Shown piece by piece: positions 27,822 through 36,931 of a stretch of 64,000 nt of DNA (the stretch's first letter is position 1; every line of letters begins with the position of its first letter). Origin of the DNA: an uncultured Gammaproteobacteria bacterium (GTDB taxonomy: Bacteria; Patescibacteriota; Microgenomatia; Levybacterales; GWA1-39-11). A program made the position numbers and the translations under genes. The stretch spans positions 76,110-140,109 of the forward strand of contig CAYVKP010000001.1 in NCBI GenBank assembly GCA_964452165.1, written 5' to 3'. Below the pieces are notes generated by a model, which saw only the letters and a list, made by a program, of their open reading frames with translations, was not told the DNA's origin and ran no database searches.

Positions 27822-30227
27822 TTTTATTTTGTCCTGTATTTGGGAGTTTGCAACATAGAATAGCGTAGCCAAAAAGACGATTAGTATCCCGAGTGGCAGC
27901 AATGCAAATTTACCCGATGGTAACTTCTCCGTTCTTACCGCCTTAAACTCAAATGGCTTATCCTGCTTGAGAAGAATCTTTGAAATCCAGAAAGGAACAT
28001 AAGACATCAGGCCAGTTAATAATCCCGAGCTGTATCTCCTGCCTGAGGAATAGACGAGTAGACCTGTGTCTATCTTTACCTCTCCCACTTTTCTAAGTTT
28101 TTGAGATAGATCTATGTCTTCCCCCATCTTAAGAGTCGGATCAAATCCGCCGATTTTAAGAAATGCACTTTTTCTGGCAGACATATTAAAGCCAATTAGG
28201 TTCCAGCCTCCGGCGACTAATTTATCAAATCTCCAAAAGAGAGGAGAGATAAACCTACCCGCGGTTCTTGCCGTTAGGGGGCCTGAGTAGAGCAGGTTAA
28301 GACCTCCAAATCCAGATAGGTTTTTGTTCTTCTCGTATTCCTCGACTATTCTCGCTATCCAATTTTCAGGCACAACGGTATCTGCGTCTGTTGATACAAT
28401 TATTTCGCCTTTTGCGGCAAAGAAGCCTGCCTGCCTTGTCGCGGAAACTCCAGCAACGTGTTCGCGCAAGACTTTTGCGCCGAACCTTCTGGCAACCTCA
28501 CCGGTATTGTCGGTTGAGTTGTTGTCTACAACTATGATCTCGAAATTTTTATAGGTTTGGTTGAGAAGGCTTTTTAGTGTTGGTTCTATGAACTCTGATT
28601 CGTTGTAGGCCGGAACCACAACGCTTACCTTGGGATTTTCAGGATTCTCGTGTTTTAGCTCACGAGTGCTGATGTAAAATTTGGGCCTATCCTTTGTCCT
28701 GGTGTTAAAAAGAATTATGGGTAAAATGCCGGCGGCAAGTATTGGAATCAAATTCAAGGGATTCCAATAGTCAAGATAATTTGTGTGATATGAAAGCAGA
28801 GACCAGGCCTCGTTAGCAATCAGGCCGATTCCGACGCCTAGAATTGCAAGAGGAAAAAATCCGGGGGTTCTTTTCCGAACAAGCAGTGCCAAGAATATAA
28901 GGATCAAGAAAAGACCAAAGCTGGCATGGGGAAAAATCTGATTCCCCAAAATTACCTGAGGATAAGTTTGAGTATGAAAGAACAAGCTCAAAAGTCGAGA
29001 CGAAATTACTGTCAAAAAGAAAGAGATATTAACAAGAAACGCTCTTTCGCCTCTGGCATTTGAGCCCATTATTTTTCCAACGCTTTCCTTGTTGTATTTA
29101 TCCAAAACCTCAAAATATACGTTCTCAAGCGAGTCAACTGTATTTTTGACCGAGAATGTTTGCGCACTCTCAAAAGCATATTGACCCATTTGTTTTCTGA
29201 GGTCTTTGTTCTCAAGTATTGAGAGCGTTTTCAGAGCAAACTCTTTTGGATCCTTTTCAACAAGATATCCGTTCTTACCGCTTTCTATACACTCAAAAGC
29301 CGGATCGTCAACGGCAACCACCGGCACTCCTGAGGCAAGGGCTTCGGGGACCACCAGTCCCTGTGTCTCGGTTGTTGATGAAAAAACAAAAACCTCCGCA
29401 TCTTTGTAGACTTTTCGCATCAGAGACATGTCTATGTGCCCCAGAAAATGAATATTTGATAGAACCTTAAGTTTTGAAGCCAGATTCTCAAGTTTTTTCC
29501 TATCAACTCCATCTCCCACAATAACAAATTGCGTGGAAGGCAAGTTGTCGTGAACATACTTGAAACTTCTTATCAAAAAGTCCACTGACTTTTCCCTACC
29601 AAGTCTTCCCACAAATAGAATTATTGGGTCTTTTTGATTTTTAATTTTTTCTCGCAGGAATCCTTTCTCCTCATTCTTAAAAGCCTCAACGTCAATTCCG
29701 GACGGAACAACTTCAACAGGCTTCTTGACACCATATGATCGCAGCTCTTTTTCAACCCGTCCTGTGGGAGCAATAAGAAAGTCTGTTTGATTGCCGAAAA
29801 TCTTTGTAGCACGCTCCATAACGCGTGGTCCTACAACTTTTCCTTTCAAAAAATAATGCGTATATCGATTCCAAAGCGTGTGATAAGTTACAACAAAAGG
29901 AATTTTTTTAGCGCGTGCAACTTCCCACCCAAGAAGCGTCGTGGGTCCTCCGCTGTGACCGTGAATTATGTCAAAATCCATGGACATAATCTTGCGAAGC
30001 GCTTTGTCGGGAAGATTGAGAGAAATTCTTGTCTCCGGGGTCTTGTGAACCTTAAGCGAGGTTAGCCTTATAACTTTTTTGTTGCGATCAACGTATCCAG
30101 GGTATTTGGGAGCTATGATATAAACTTCATGTCCGCGCCTTTCAAGTTCTTTTGCTGATTCCAAAACTGAGGTTGTAACACCATGTGGCTGTGGTAAAAA
30201 CCCGTCTGTGAAAAAACCTATTCTCAT
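27813..30227 (-). CDS. GT4 glycosyltransferase - 4 TM - GT2 glycosyltransferase fusion
   Basis: N-terminal GT4 (FVGRL, ETQGLVVPEALASG); C-terminal GT2 (VVVPAYNE, VDNNSTD, TDAD, GEDIDL). Confidence 0.9.
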   Translation of the reverse strand: MRIGFFTDGFLPQPHGVTTSVLESAKELERRGHEVYIIAPKYPGYVDRNKKVIRLTSLKVHKTPETRISLNLPDKALRKIMSMDFDIIHGHSGGPTTLLGWEVARAKKIPFVVTYHTLWNRYTHYFLKGKVVGPRVMERATKIFGNQTDFLIAPTGRVEKELRSYGVKKPVEVVPSGIDVEAFKNEEKGFLREKIKNQKDPIILFVGRLGREKSVDFLIRSFKYVHDNLPSTQFVIVGDGVDRKKLENLASKLKVLSNIHFLGHIDMSLMRKVYKDAEVFVFSSTTETQGLVVPEALASGVPVVAVDDPAFECIESGKNGYLVEKDPKEFALKTLSILENKDLRKQMGQYAFESAQTFSVKNTVDSLENVYFEVLDKYNKESVGKIMGSNARGERAFLVNISFFLTVISSRLLSLFFHTQTYPQVILGNQIFPHASFGLFLILIFLALLVRKRTPGFFPLAILGVGIGLIANEAWSLLSYHTNYLDYWNPLNLIPILAAGILPIILFNTRTKDRPKFYISTRELKHENPENPKVSVVVPAYNESEFIEPTLKSLLNQTYKNFEIIVVDNNSTDNTGEVARRFGAKVLREHVAGVSATRQAGFFAAKGEIIVSTDADTVVPENWIARIVEEYEKNKNLSGFGGLNLLYSGPLTARTAGRFISPLFWRFDKLVAGGWNLIGFNMSARKSAFLKIGGFDPTLKMGEDIDLSQKLRKVGEVKIDTGLLVYSSGRRYSSGLLTGLMSYVPFWISKILLKQDKPFEFKAVRTEKLPSGKFALLPLGILIVFLATLFYVANSQIQDKIKLF

Positions 30228-30251
30228 GTAGCTTAATTATACCTAAAAAGT

Positions 30252-30407
30252 TTACTCACAGCACGGATCTTTGTAGCCACAATTCTTGCAAACTGCATCT
30301 CGACCTCCACTCATCGCTCCAATTATTTCTCCGCAACATGGACAATTCTGAAGTGGCATTCCAAATATACTTCTAACATCAATTTGCTCGTCAAGAGAAG
30401 TATTCAT
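30252..30407 (-). CDS. 51-aa Cys-rich zinc-ribbon microprotein (absent from the ORF track)
   Basis: MNTSLDEQIDVRSIFGMPLQNCPCCGEIIGAMSGGRDAVCKNCGYKDPCCE; TGcTAACCT -10-like element upstream. Confidence 0.7.
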   Translation of the reverse strand: MNTSLDEQIDVRSIFGMPLQNCPCCGEIIGAMSGGRDAVCKNCGYKDPCCE

Positions 30408-30448
30408 CTGTCTTCAGGTTAGCATATTTTCTGATCCAGTTGCACCCC

Positions 30449-30478
30449 TTGACAAAAAGTTATCCACATTCGTATACT
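30449..30478 (+). promoter_or_regulatory. dnaA promoter with an embedded perfect DnaA box
   Basis: TTGACA-18-TATACT; TTATCCACA at 30460-30468. Confidence 0.8.
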
Positions 30479-30517
30479 GTGACCCTCGCGTTATCCTGCC
30501 AAGAACGCCCCACACGT

Positions 30518-31861
30518 ATGGAAGATCTTTGGAAACAAGTATTAGCAGAGATTCAAGTAGAGGTCTCAAAGCCTATCTTTCTGACATTCTTTAAGCCAAC
30601 AACTCTTGTATCCGTAGCAAATTCCATAGCAACAATTGATGCTCCAACCCACATAACAGCTGACTACATAGAAAGGAGATACTATTCACTGATTAAAAAA
30701 TCTCTTGATAAAAAAACCGGAGAAAACTTAAGCCTTGTCTTTACTTCGGAGGGGAATGCCTCTAGAAAATCTGTGAAGAAAGAGGAGGGTCCTCTTTTTG
30801 TATCGGAAAATCGCAAGCCACAACTCGCAAGAAGGCCTGCCAGAATAAGATCCGATTATACTTTCGAATCCTTGGCAGTGTCTGAGAGCAATCAGCTTGC
30901 CTATACCGCTGCTCTAACTGTTGCTTCAGATCTTGGAAGCAAATACAACCCGCTCTTTCTCTACGGTAGTGTTGGTGTAGGCAAAACTCATCTCATGAAC
31001 GCTGTAGCAAACAAAGCCTGCGACCAAAACGAGCACTGCAAAATTGTTTATCTAACAACTGAAGAGTTCACCAATGAAGTAGTTGAGGCAATAATGGAAA
31101 AGACAACCGGACAACTGCGTAAAAAATTTAGGAACGTAGATCTGCTACTTCTTGATGACATTCAGTTTTTAGCAGGAAAAGAGAAGGTCCAAGAAGAACT
31201 CTTTCACACATTTAACACTCTCGTTGATCGTGGTGGTCAAATAGTTTTTTCTTCAGATAGACCACCTTCTGAAATTAGAAAAATTGAGGCAAGGCTTGCA
31301 TCCCGATTTGAAGGAGGGTTATCAGTAGACATAGAGCCTCCGGATTTTGAGCTAAGAACGGCAATTCTTCTTATTAAAAGCAGGAAATACGGGCTAAGCC
31401 TTAGCCTTGATGCTGCAAAAGCCGCTGCCGAGAAGATTGAAGATACCCGCGCGCTTGAGGGATTTTTATTAAGAGTATCATCTATCATAACGGATAAGAC
31501 AAAAGAAATTTTAGTAGAAGACATAGCTTCAATTCTTGAAAAAAACAAGCCTACGTCAACCATCCTGAGGCCCGATTCAATAATTTCTACTATATGCTCG
31601 TTTTACAACCTAAAGCCAACTCAGCTTAAGGGGGCCAAGAGAGATTCTTATCTCGTTGGACCGAGACACGTATGCATGTTTATCTTGAAGGAAGAGGCTG
31701 GCCTAACGTATGTTGAAATAGGGAATTTATTGGGTGGCCGTGATCATACAACAGTTATGCACGCTGTGGAAAAGATTAGGGAGATGAGCGCAAATTCTGA
31801 TAAAATTCGTGAGGAAATAATGTTTATAAAGAAGAAATTAAAAGAAGATAGTCTAGGATAA
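30518..31861 (+). CDS. dnaA: chromosomal replication initiator DnaA
   Basis: YNPLFLYGSVGVGKTHL, LDDIQF, RLASRF, GGRDHTTVMHA; start set at the ATG downstream of the promoter. Confidence 0.98.
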   Translation: MEDLWKQVLAEIQVEVSKPIFLTFFKPTTLVSVANSIATIDAPTHITADYIERRYYSLIKKSLDKKTGENLSLVFTSEGNASRKSVKKEEGPLFVSENRKPQLARRPARIRSDYTFESLAVSESNQLAYTAALTVASDLGSKYNPLFLYGSVGVGKTHLMNAVANKACDQNEHCKIVYLTTEEFTNEVVEAIMEKTTGQLRKKFRNVDLLLLDDIQFLAGKEKVQEELFHTFNTLVDRGGQIVFSSDRPPSEIRKIEARLASRFEGGLSVDIEPPDFELRTAILLIKSRKYGLSLSLDAAKAAAEKIEDTRALEGFLLRVSSIITDKTKEILVEDIASILEKNKPTSTILRPDSIISTICSFYNLKPTQLKGAKRDSYLVGPRHVCMFILKEEAGLTYVEIGNLLGGRDHTTVMHAVEKIREMSANSDKIREEIMFIKKKLKEDSLG

Positions 31862-31993
31862 AAAGATGAAAATACAATATCAACAAACAATACACATTTT
31901 TATCAACAGGTTTTCCACATTTTTGAGAGCACCGGTTTTTGCTTTAATCCACATATCCACCTATACTACTACTATTACTAAGATAAATAATAT
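31862..31993. other. replication origin oriC (DnaA boxes, DnaA-trios, AT-rich tract)
   Basis: TTATCAACA 31900, TTTTCCACA 31911, TAATCCACA/ATATCCACC 31945-31961, then TACTACTACTATTACTA 31964-31980 and an AT-rich tract. Confidence 0.85.
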
Positions 31994-33097
31994 ATGAAAG
32001 TAGAATTTTTAATAGAAAACATTGAGGAGTTTTTGCCAACCATTGCAAAAGTTCTTCCTGTTCATTCCCAAATTCCAGTACTTTCAAACTTACTTATAGA
32101 AGCAAACGAAAAAGGATTATTTCTTTCTGCAACAAATCTGGAGATAGGAATAAGAGTAAAGATTCCAGCAAAAATAGAAGAAGGTGGAGCAACTACGGTC
32201 CCGGGTAAGCAATTCATTGAGGCCTTGTTAAGTCTTCCCAAGGATAAAGTTATTTTAAGTCAAGAAAAGGATAATTTAGTTCTTAAATCAAGAGGAAGCA
32301 GTATAAGTTTTCAGACTATCTCAAGGGATGAGTTTCCAACACTACTTGAAAATATTGGAGAAAAGACTCATGTGTTTGCAGAAGGAGAATTGAGTAGGGT
32401 TTTCTCTAAGGTTATTTTTGCTGTTTCCCTGGATGAGTCAAGGCCTGAGCTTACGGGCATATTGATAGCACAGAAGAAAGAGAGAATAGACTTTGTTGCA
32501 ACGGATGGGTTTAGGTTGTCTTTGAAAAAACTTGTAGGTAAAAAGATTTTTACAGAAGAGAGAAGCCTTATAATTCCGGCAAGAATAATAGCAGAAGTGA
32601 TGGGTTTTAAAACAGGGGGTAATGTTGCTATGTATCTTTATGGGAAAACGAATCAAGTGGTATTTGAAACAGAAAATGCAGTTTTGGTGGGGCGCTTGAT
32701 AAGCGGAGACTTTCCAAATTACGAGAGAGTTGTTCCATCAAAAAATAAAACTAAAATTACGCTGGACCGCGAGGAATTCGTTCAAAAACTTAGGCTTGCC
32801 TCGGTTTTTGCAAGAGATGCTGCAAATATTGTAAAAGTTAAAATAGAAAAAGAAGAGATGGGTATATTCTCCAAAGCCTCCGGGGTAGGAGAGGGGGAGG
32901 TTACTCTTGAGGTTGAAAAAGAAGGAGAAGACAACGAGATATCTTTTAACGTGAAGTTTTTAACGGATTTGCTAAAAAATCTTTCTAGTAAAACCGTTCA
33001 CGTAGAACTTTCCTCACCTGTTGAGCCGGCTGTATTTAAGATAGATGATGACCCGGACTTTCTCCATATAATAATGCCTGTAAGGATCCAGGATTAA
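31994..33097 (+). CDS. dnaN: DNA polymerase III beta sliding clamp
   Basis: ATNLE, VATDGFRL, FPNYERV, IIMPVR. Confidence 0.97.
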   Translation: MKVEFLIENIEEFLPTIAKVLPVHSQIPVLSNLLIEANEKGLFLSATNLEIGIRVKIPAKIEEGGATTVPGKQFIEALLSLPKDKVILSQEKDNLVLKSRGSSISFQTISRDEFPTLLENIGEKTHVFAEGELSRVFSKVIFAVSLDESRPELTGILIAQKKERIDFVATDGFRLSLKKLVGKKIFTEERSLIIPARIIAEVMGFKTGGNVAMYLYGKTNQVVFETENAVLVGRLISGDFPNYERVVPSKNKTKITLDREEFVQKLRLASVFARDAANIVKVKIEKEEMGIFSKASGVGEGEVTLEVEKEGEDNEISFNVKFLTDLLKNLSSKTVHVELSSPVEPAVFKIDDDPDFLHIIMPVRIQD

Positions 33098-33098
33098 T

Positions 33099-33563
33099 CT
33101 AGAGGCCTGTTTTGTAGTCGATTGGATAGGTTGATAGGTTAACCCCAAAACCGCTCAAGGTTTGTGTAACAGCGTTCTTTATTTGGGTAACATCGTTACT
33201 GCTCAGTCTGTTTGATGCATCGTAAATTTTTGCCGTAAACCTCTTGGTTTTTATATCAAAGTAAACAAAGTAATTGTCTGTTTGAATAGGAAGCTTTGAG
33301 TACCATGGATATTGGGAGTAGATTTTTGCGACCTGGTCGGAAAAGTTTTTATCAGCTGTTTCCTGCGCGTTTTGATTTTGAGGAGACGAGCTTGACGGAA
33401 GCGTCTCGGGAGTCACTTCTATTCTTTGTTTGGCGGCAGGTTTGGCTGTGGGTTTTGCCCCACTTATAAAAACGTAGACCACGAATAGAGTCACTATCGT
33501 TACAACCGATGCCGCTATAAAAATAATTCTTTTTTTGGCGTCCATATTATTGTGTTGTTCCAA
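33099..33563 (-). CDS. membrane-anchored hypothetical protein (T4SS-like cluster)
   Basis: N-terminal TM; tightly linked to upstream cluster genes. Confidence 0.7.
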   Translation of the reverse strand: MEQHNNMDAKKRIIFIAASVVTIVTLFVVYVFISGAKPTAKPAAKQRIEVTPETLPSSSSPQNQNAQETADKNFSDQVAKIYSQYPWYSKLPIQTDNYFVYFDIKTKRFTAKIYDASNRLSSNDVTQIKNAVTQTLSGFGVNLSTYPIDYKTGL

Positions 33564-34260
33564 ATCCCATAACAGAATACGTTGAAGGACTTGTTAGCAG
33601 GCCTTTAATAGTCCAGGAATCTACAGGATATGAAAGCACTTTCCCCCCGCTTGCAGGTGAGATATTTGCGTCATACGTTTCAAGTGTTCCGTCTCCATGA
33701 GTATTCACGTTTATTGATTTTATTATAGCCGCATGGTCAAATGACCCAATAGTTGTTGATCCGGGGACTGCCTGAAAGAAAATTGCATATCCGGGCTTTG
33801 CTTGGCTAAGAGCAGAGGAGTGGCTACCTGAATAATAGTCCAGGAATTTATATCCTGCATTACCCCGGAAATAGTTCATAAGGTTGACTGCTCCTCCATG
33901 GTTTTGGCGACTGGTCCCCGAGAAACCGGCTAAATTATAGGAATCAATTACAAGATATGTGCACCAATATTTATTGGCAGAACTTGTCCCGGGACTTTGT
34001 GCTGTGGTGTACGAGCCATTGCTGATCTGACTTACCATCTTGTCATATGACCCGTCGTATCCTATCTCAAGCACAGCGCTAATTTTTTCAGTCCAAGAAA
34101 TAACTCCGGAAGAATTCTTGGAGGGTTGGCTTTGAGGATTTCCAATTCGAGTCTCTATGGTGTTGCTGTTTGTTTGAAGTTGCTGTGCCTGGGCCTGTTT
34201 AGCCGATAAAAAAACCAGCCCCAATACGATTAATATAGCTATTCTCTTCATTGTTGGCAA
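33547..34260 (-). CDS. secreted CHAP/NlpC-P60-like cysteine amidase
   Basis: Signal peptide; YWCTYLV (Cys) ... DHAAII (His) ... YDAN. Confidence 0.65.
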   Translation of the reverse strand: MPTMKRIAILIVLGLVFLSAKQAQAQQLQTNSNTIETRIGNPQSQPSKNSSGVISWTEKISAVLEIGYDGSYDKMVSQISNGSYTTAQSPGTSSANKYWCTYLVIDSYNLAGFSGTSRQNHGGAVNLMNYFRGNAGYKFLDYYSGSHSSALSQAKPGYAIFFQAVPGSTTIGSFDHAAIIKSINVNTHGDGTLETYDANISPASGGKVLSYPVDSWTIKGLLTSPSTYSVMGFGTTQ

Positions 34261-34709
34261 AAGCTTAAAGGATAAGATTTCCCTGAAAAATCCGGATTTG
34301 CGTAATATGGCGTTGTGATTTCAACGTTTGCTTGGCATGCCGCAGCCTGGCTCATGCCGGTTTTTTCAAGAAATATTTTCTCGGCCTCTTGTCGCAAAGA
34401 CTCAAAGGGAGAACCCGTAATACTTATCATAAAATTATTAAATTTTTCAAAATACATAATTTGATACTTGTTGGGCTCATCAATAATGTACACGTCTCTT
34501 TGTTTGTCGATTTTGGCAGCACCCTTGTAGAAGTTTTTAATAGGCGTACCGGAAAGACTTAGCGTATCGCTTTGTGGAATTGTGGGGGTTGCGTTCACGT
34601 TGTTGGGCTGGTTTGTTTTTGGTTGCTTGATGCTTGACAAGAAAGCAAACAGGATTACTATTCCAAAGAGCGTGACAATAATTGTTGCAACGAATACAAG
34701 CTTTTTCAT
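34248..34709 (-). CDS. membrane-anchored hypothetical protein (T4SS-like cluster)
   Basis: N-terminal TM; overlapping genes in an operon. Confidence 0.7.
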   Translation of the reverse strand: MKKLVFVATIIVTLFGIVILFAFLSSIKQPKTNQPNNVNATPTIPQSDTLSLSGTPIKNFYKGAAKIDKQRDVYIIDEPNKYQIMYFEKFNNFMISITGSPFESLRQEAEKIFLEKTGMSQAAACQANVEITTPYYANPDFSGKSYPLSFCQQ

Positions 34710-34713
34710 TTCA

Positions 34714-36918
34714 TTAGTTTATACCACAGGTATCAGCAGGCGTGTACCACGGCTTCCAGTTTGTTCCACCCGCTGACATCTCTGCCATTTTTTTAGTATT
34801 CTCGATGGGGTCTGAGTATTTGGCTACACATGCATCAAGTTTTGCTTGATTTGCAACTGCGCAAGTCGGCGGATTTATCGTGTAATTTGAAAAAGCTCCG
34901 GGACACTGGACGAGCATGTTTATTTGGAAAAGTCCGACACTGTAGTCAGCGGAGACTCCTGTTAGACAGCCCTTATTAAGCGCGGCGGGATTTCCTCCGC
35001 TTTCTCGCTTGCAAATTATAGAGGCTTTGAGGGCTTTTGTCTCATCGTTGCCAAAATATTGCTTTAAGCTCGACACGGCACAAAAATTGGATCCCCCGGA
35101 GCATACGCCGCCGGTTGGGGGAGCCGATTGTCCCGGAGTTGGGCCTGTGGGTGAAGGTGCCGCAGCTTGTGCATACAGGAAGTTCGATATTGATACATCA
35201 TCCTTCGCAGGCTTTAAAGTTAAGGTAAAGCCTTGTTGATTGTCGGTCTCTTTAAGAGACCAGGAGACTTTGTTGGTTGTTGGTTCAAAATGATATACAC
35301 CAGAAGTTGCCTGAAAAGTTGTCCCCTGCGGGATATCATCGTAGACTGTTATTTGCTCAAGAGGGACAGTTGCAATAGATGAATCATAAAAAACTTGCAC
35401 GTTATAGGCAATATCTCCCCCGTTATCAATTATGTCAGGACCAGAGAGCGTAAGCGTGAAGCCGGGAATTGGCGTAAGGCTTTGCTGTCCGGCAGGTCCG
35501 GCGCCTTTGCCATTTTGAGCATTGTTTGATCCACCTCCACCAAGGGGGATAGGTAGGGAGCTACCGGACATAAAAAAGAAAATAAAAATTATTAAAACGA
35601 TAAAAAGAAGAGCCCAGAATAAGGGAGATCGGAGGAGAAACCTTTTTATGAACGATGACGAATTCTGAAGTAGAGAGCGTGCTCGTGCTCCAGGTTGGCG
35701 ACCCTGCTTGGGATTTTTTTTAGGTTGTCTTCGTTCCGCGGCGGGTTGAGATTCGTGTGGGTGTTGTCCGGCGTCTTCTCTTTGGGCGTAGGGTTCTGCA
35801 GGCGCTTCAGTGTGGGAGGCATGTTCGGCTGTTTCATGGGGTGGATTCAGAGGCTCCATGTTTTCATGTGGAACCCGAGTTGCCTCCTCAAGTCTTTCCG
35901 TTGCTTGACTCGTCGGTGGTATGTTGACGACATCTGACGTCTGAACGTGTTCTGTATGAGATTGTTGTGTTGGAGGCACTGTTGGTGCAGGGGGCGCAGT
36001 CGCATGGGTTTCCTCGTGCTCTGGTGTCGATTCGGCAATTTTTTTATCAAGCACGCTTTGCGGGACGGGATAATAACCGTATTTTGCTGCTTCCTCAAGT
36101 TCTCCGAGTGTCGAGGTGGCATAATAGTCTGCCGTTCGTTTACGAATTTCCTGTCTCCCCAAAGCGCTTTTTATTTCTTCAGAGTCTTTTTTATAAGCCT
36201 CGGCTTTTTCGGGAAATCTATCTACGAATTTATTCCAGTGCTTTTCTTCTATCCGTTCTCGTATTTTGCTCCAGTCTTCTTTTGAGTCTTTTTTTCCGGC
36301 AGCAAGTACCCTGTCATGTATTTCATCTCTGACTTTTTTTTGTGTTACCCAATAGTTTGGATCCTTCTCAAGCTTAGTTATTTTTTTTGCTTGCTTGTCG
36401 TAATATTCGGCGTTTTTAGGTTTCTTTTCTCTGAACTCTTTTTCAACCTCATCGTGAAGACTGGGTGCTTCAGGATCTTCCAGGGAACCATGAACGTAAT
36501 CCAGAAACTCTTTGCTTTCATAGTTCTTATCCTTATTATTTTTTAGCCACTCGTCTTTCTTACGTATAGCAATTTTTATGAAATCGTTGTCATATTCCAT
36601 GACCTCATTTTGTTTTCTGAAGAGAAGCATGGGGGCAAAAGCAAAGCCAATTAGGCTACCAGCGCGGCTTCTTGTTGGAGGTTTGTAATCTTCTTGTGGC
36701 GCTTCGGGTTGTTTTGTTCCAGAGCCCAAATAATTTGATATCTCAAATCCCGCCACAACATTTGCTGGTAAGCTAATTCCCGTGCTTTCACTCCATTTGA
36801 CCAGCTCGTGTTCGGATGGAAAACCGGGTAGTCCGTTTCTTTTTTGATAATCTTGCCATTTCGCTATTAAGTTATCTGCTGTTTGGCGGTTGCTTTGTAT
36901 AAACTTTCCTGTATCCAT
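34714..36918 (-). CDS. bitopic protein with C-terminal lytic transglycosylase (SLT-like) domain, VirB1-like
   Basis: Large charged N-terminal part, one TM, Ig/DUF11-like segment (ITVYDDIPQG), ICKRESGGNP...SVGLFQIN. Confidence 0.75.
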   Translation of the reverse strand: MDTGKFIQSNRQTADNLIAKWQDYQKRNGLPGFPSEHELVKWSESTGISLPANVVAGFEISNYLGSGTKQPEAPQEDYKPPTRSRAGSLIGFAFAPMLLFRKQNEVMEYDNDFIKIAIRKKDEWLKNNKDKNYESKEFLDYVHGSLEDPEAPSLHDEVEKEFREKKPKNAEYYDKQAKKITKLEKDPNYWVTQKKVRDEIHDRVLAAGKKDSKEDWSKIRERIEEKHWNKFVDRFPEKAEAYKKDSEEIKSALGRQEIRKRTADYYATSTLGELEEAAKYGYYPVPQSVLDKKIAESTPEHEETHATAPPAPTVPPTQQSHTEHVQTSDVVNIPPTSQATERLEEATRVPHENMEPLNPPHETAEHASHTEAPAEPYAQREDAGQHPHESQPAAERRQPKKNPKQGRQPGARARSLLQNSSSFIKRFLLRSPLFWALLFIVLIIFIFFFMSGSSLPIPLGGGGSNNAQNGKGAGPAGQQSLTPIPGFTLTLSGPDIIDNGGDIAYNVQVFYDSSIATVPLEQITVYDDIPQGTTFQATSGVYHFEPTTNKVSWSLKETDNQQGFTLTLKPAKDDVSISNFLYAQAAAPSPTGPTPGQSAPPTGGVCSGGSNFCAVSSLKQYFGNDETKALKASIICKRESGGNPAALNKGCLTGVSADYSVGLFQINMLVQCPGAFSNYTINPPTCAVANQAKLDACVAKYSDPIENTKKMAEMSAGGTNWKPWYTPADTCGIN

Positions 36919-36931
36919 TGATTTTTACGCC

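Noticed and set aside
30440-30517. N-terminal extension of DnaA in the ORF track
   Set aside because: It spans the promoter and DnaA box; the protein plausibly starts at MEDLW (30518).
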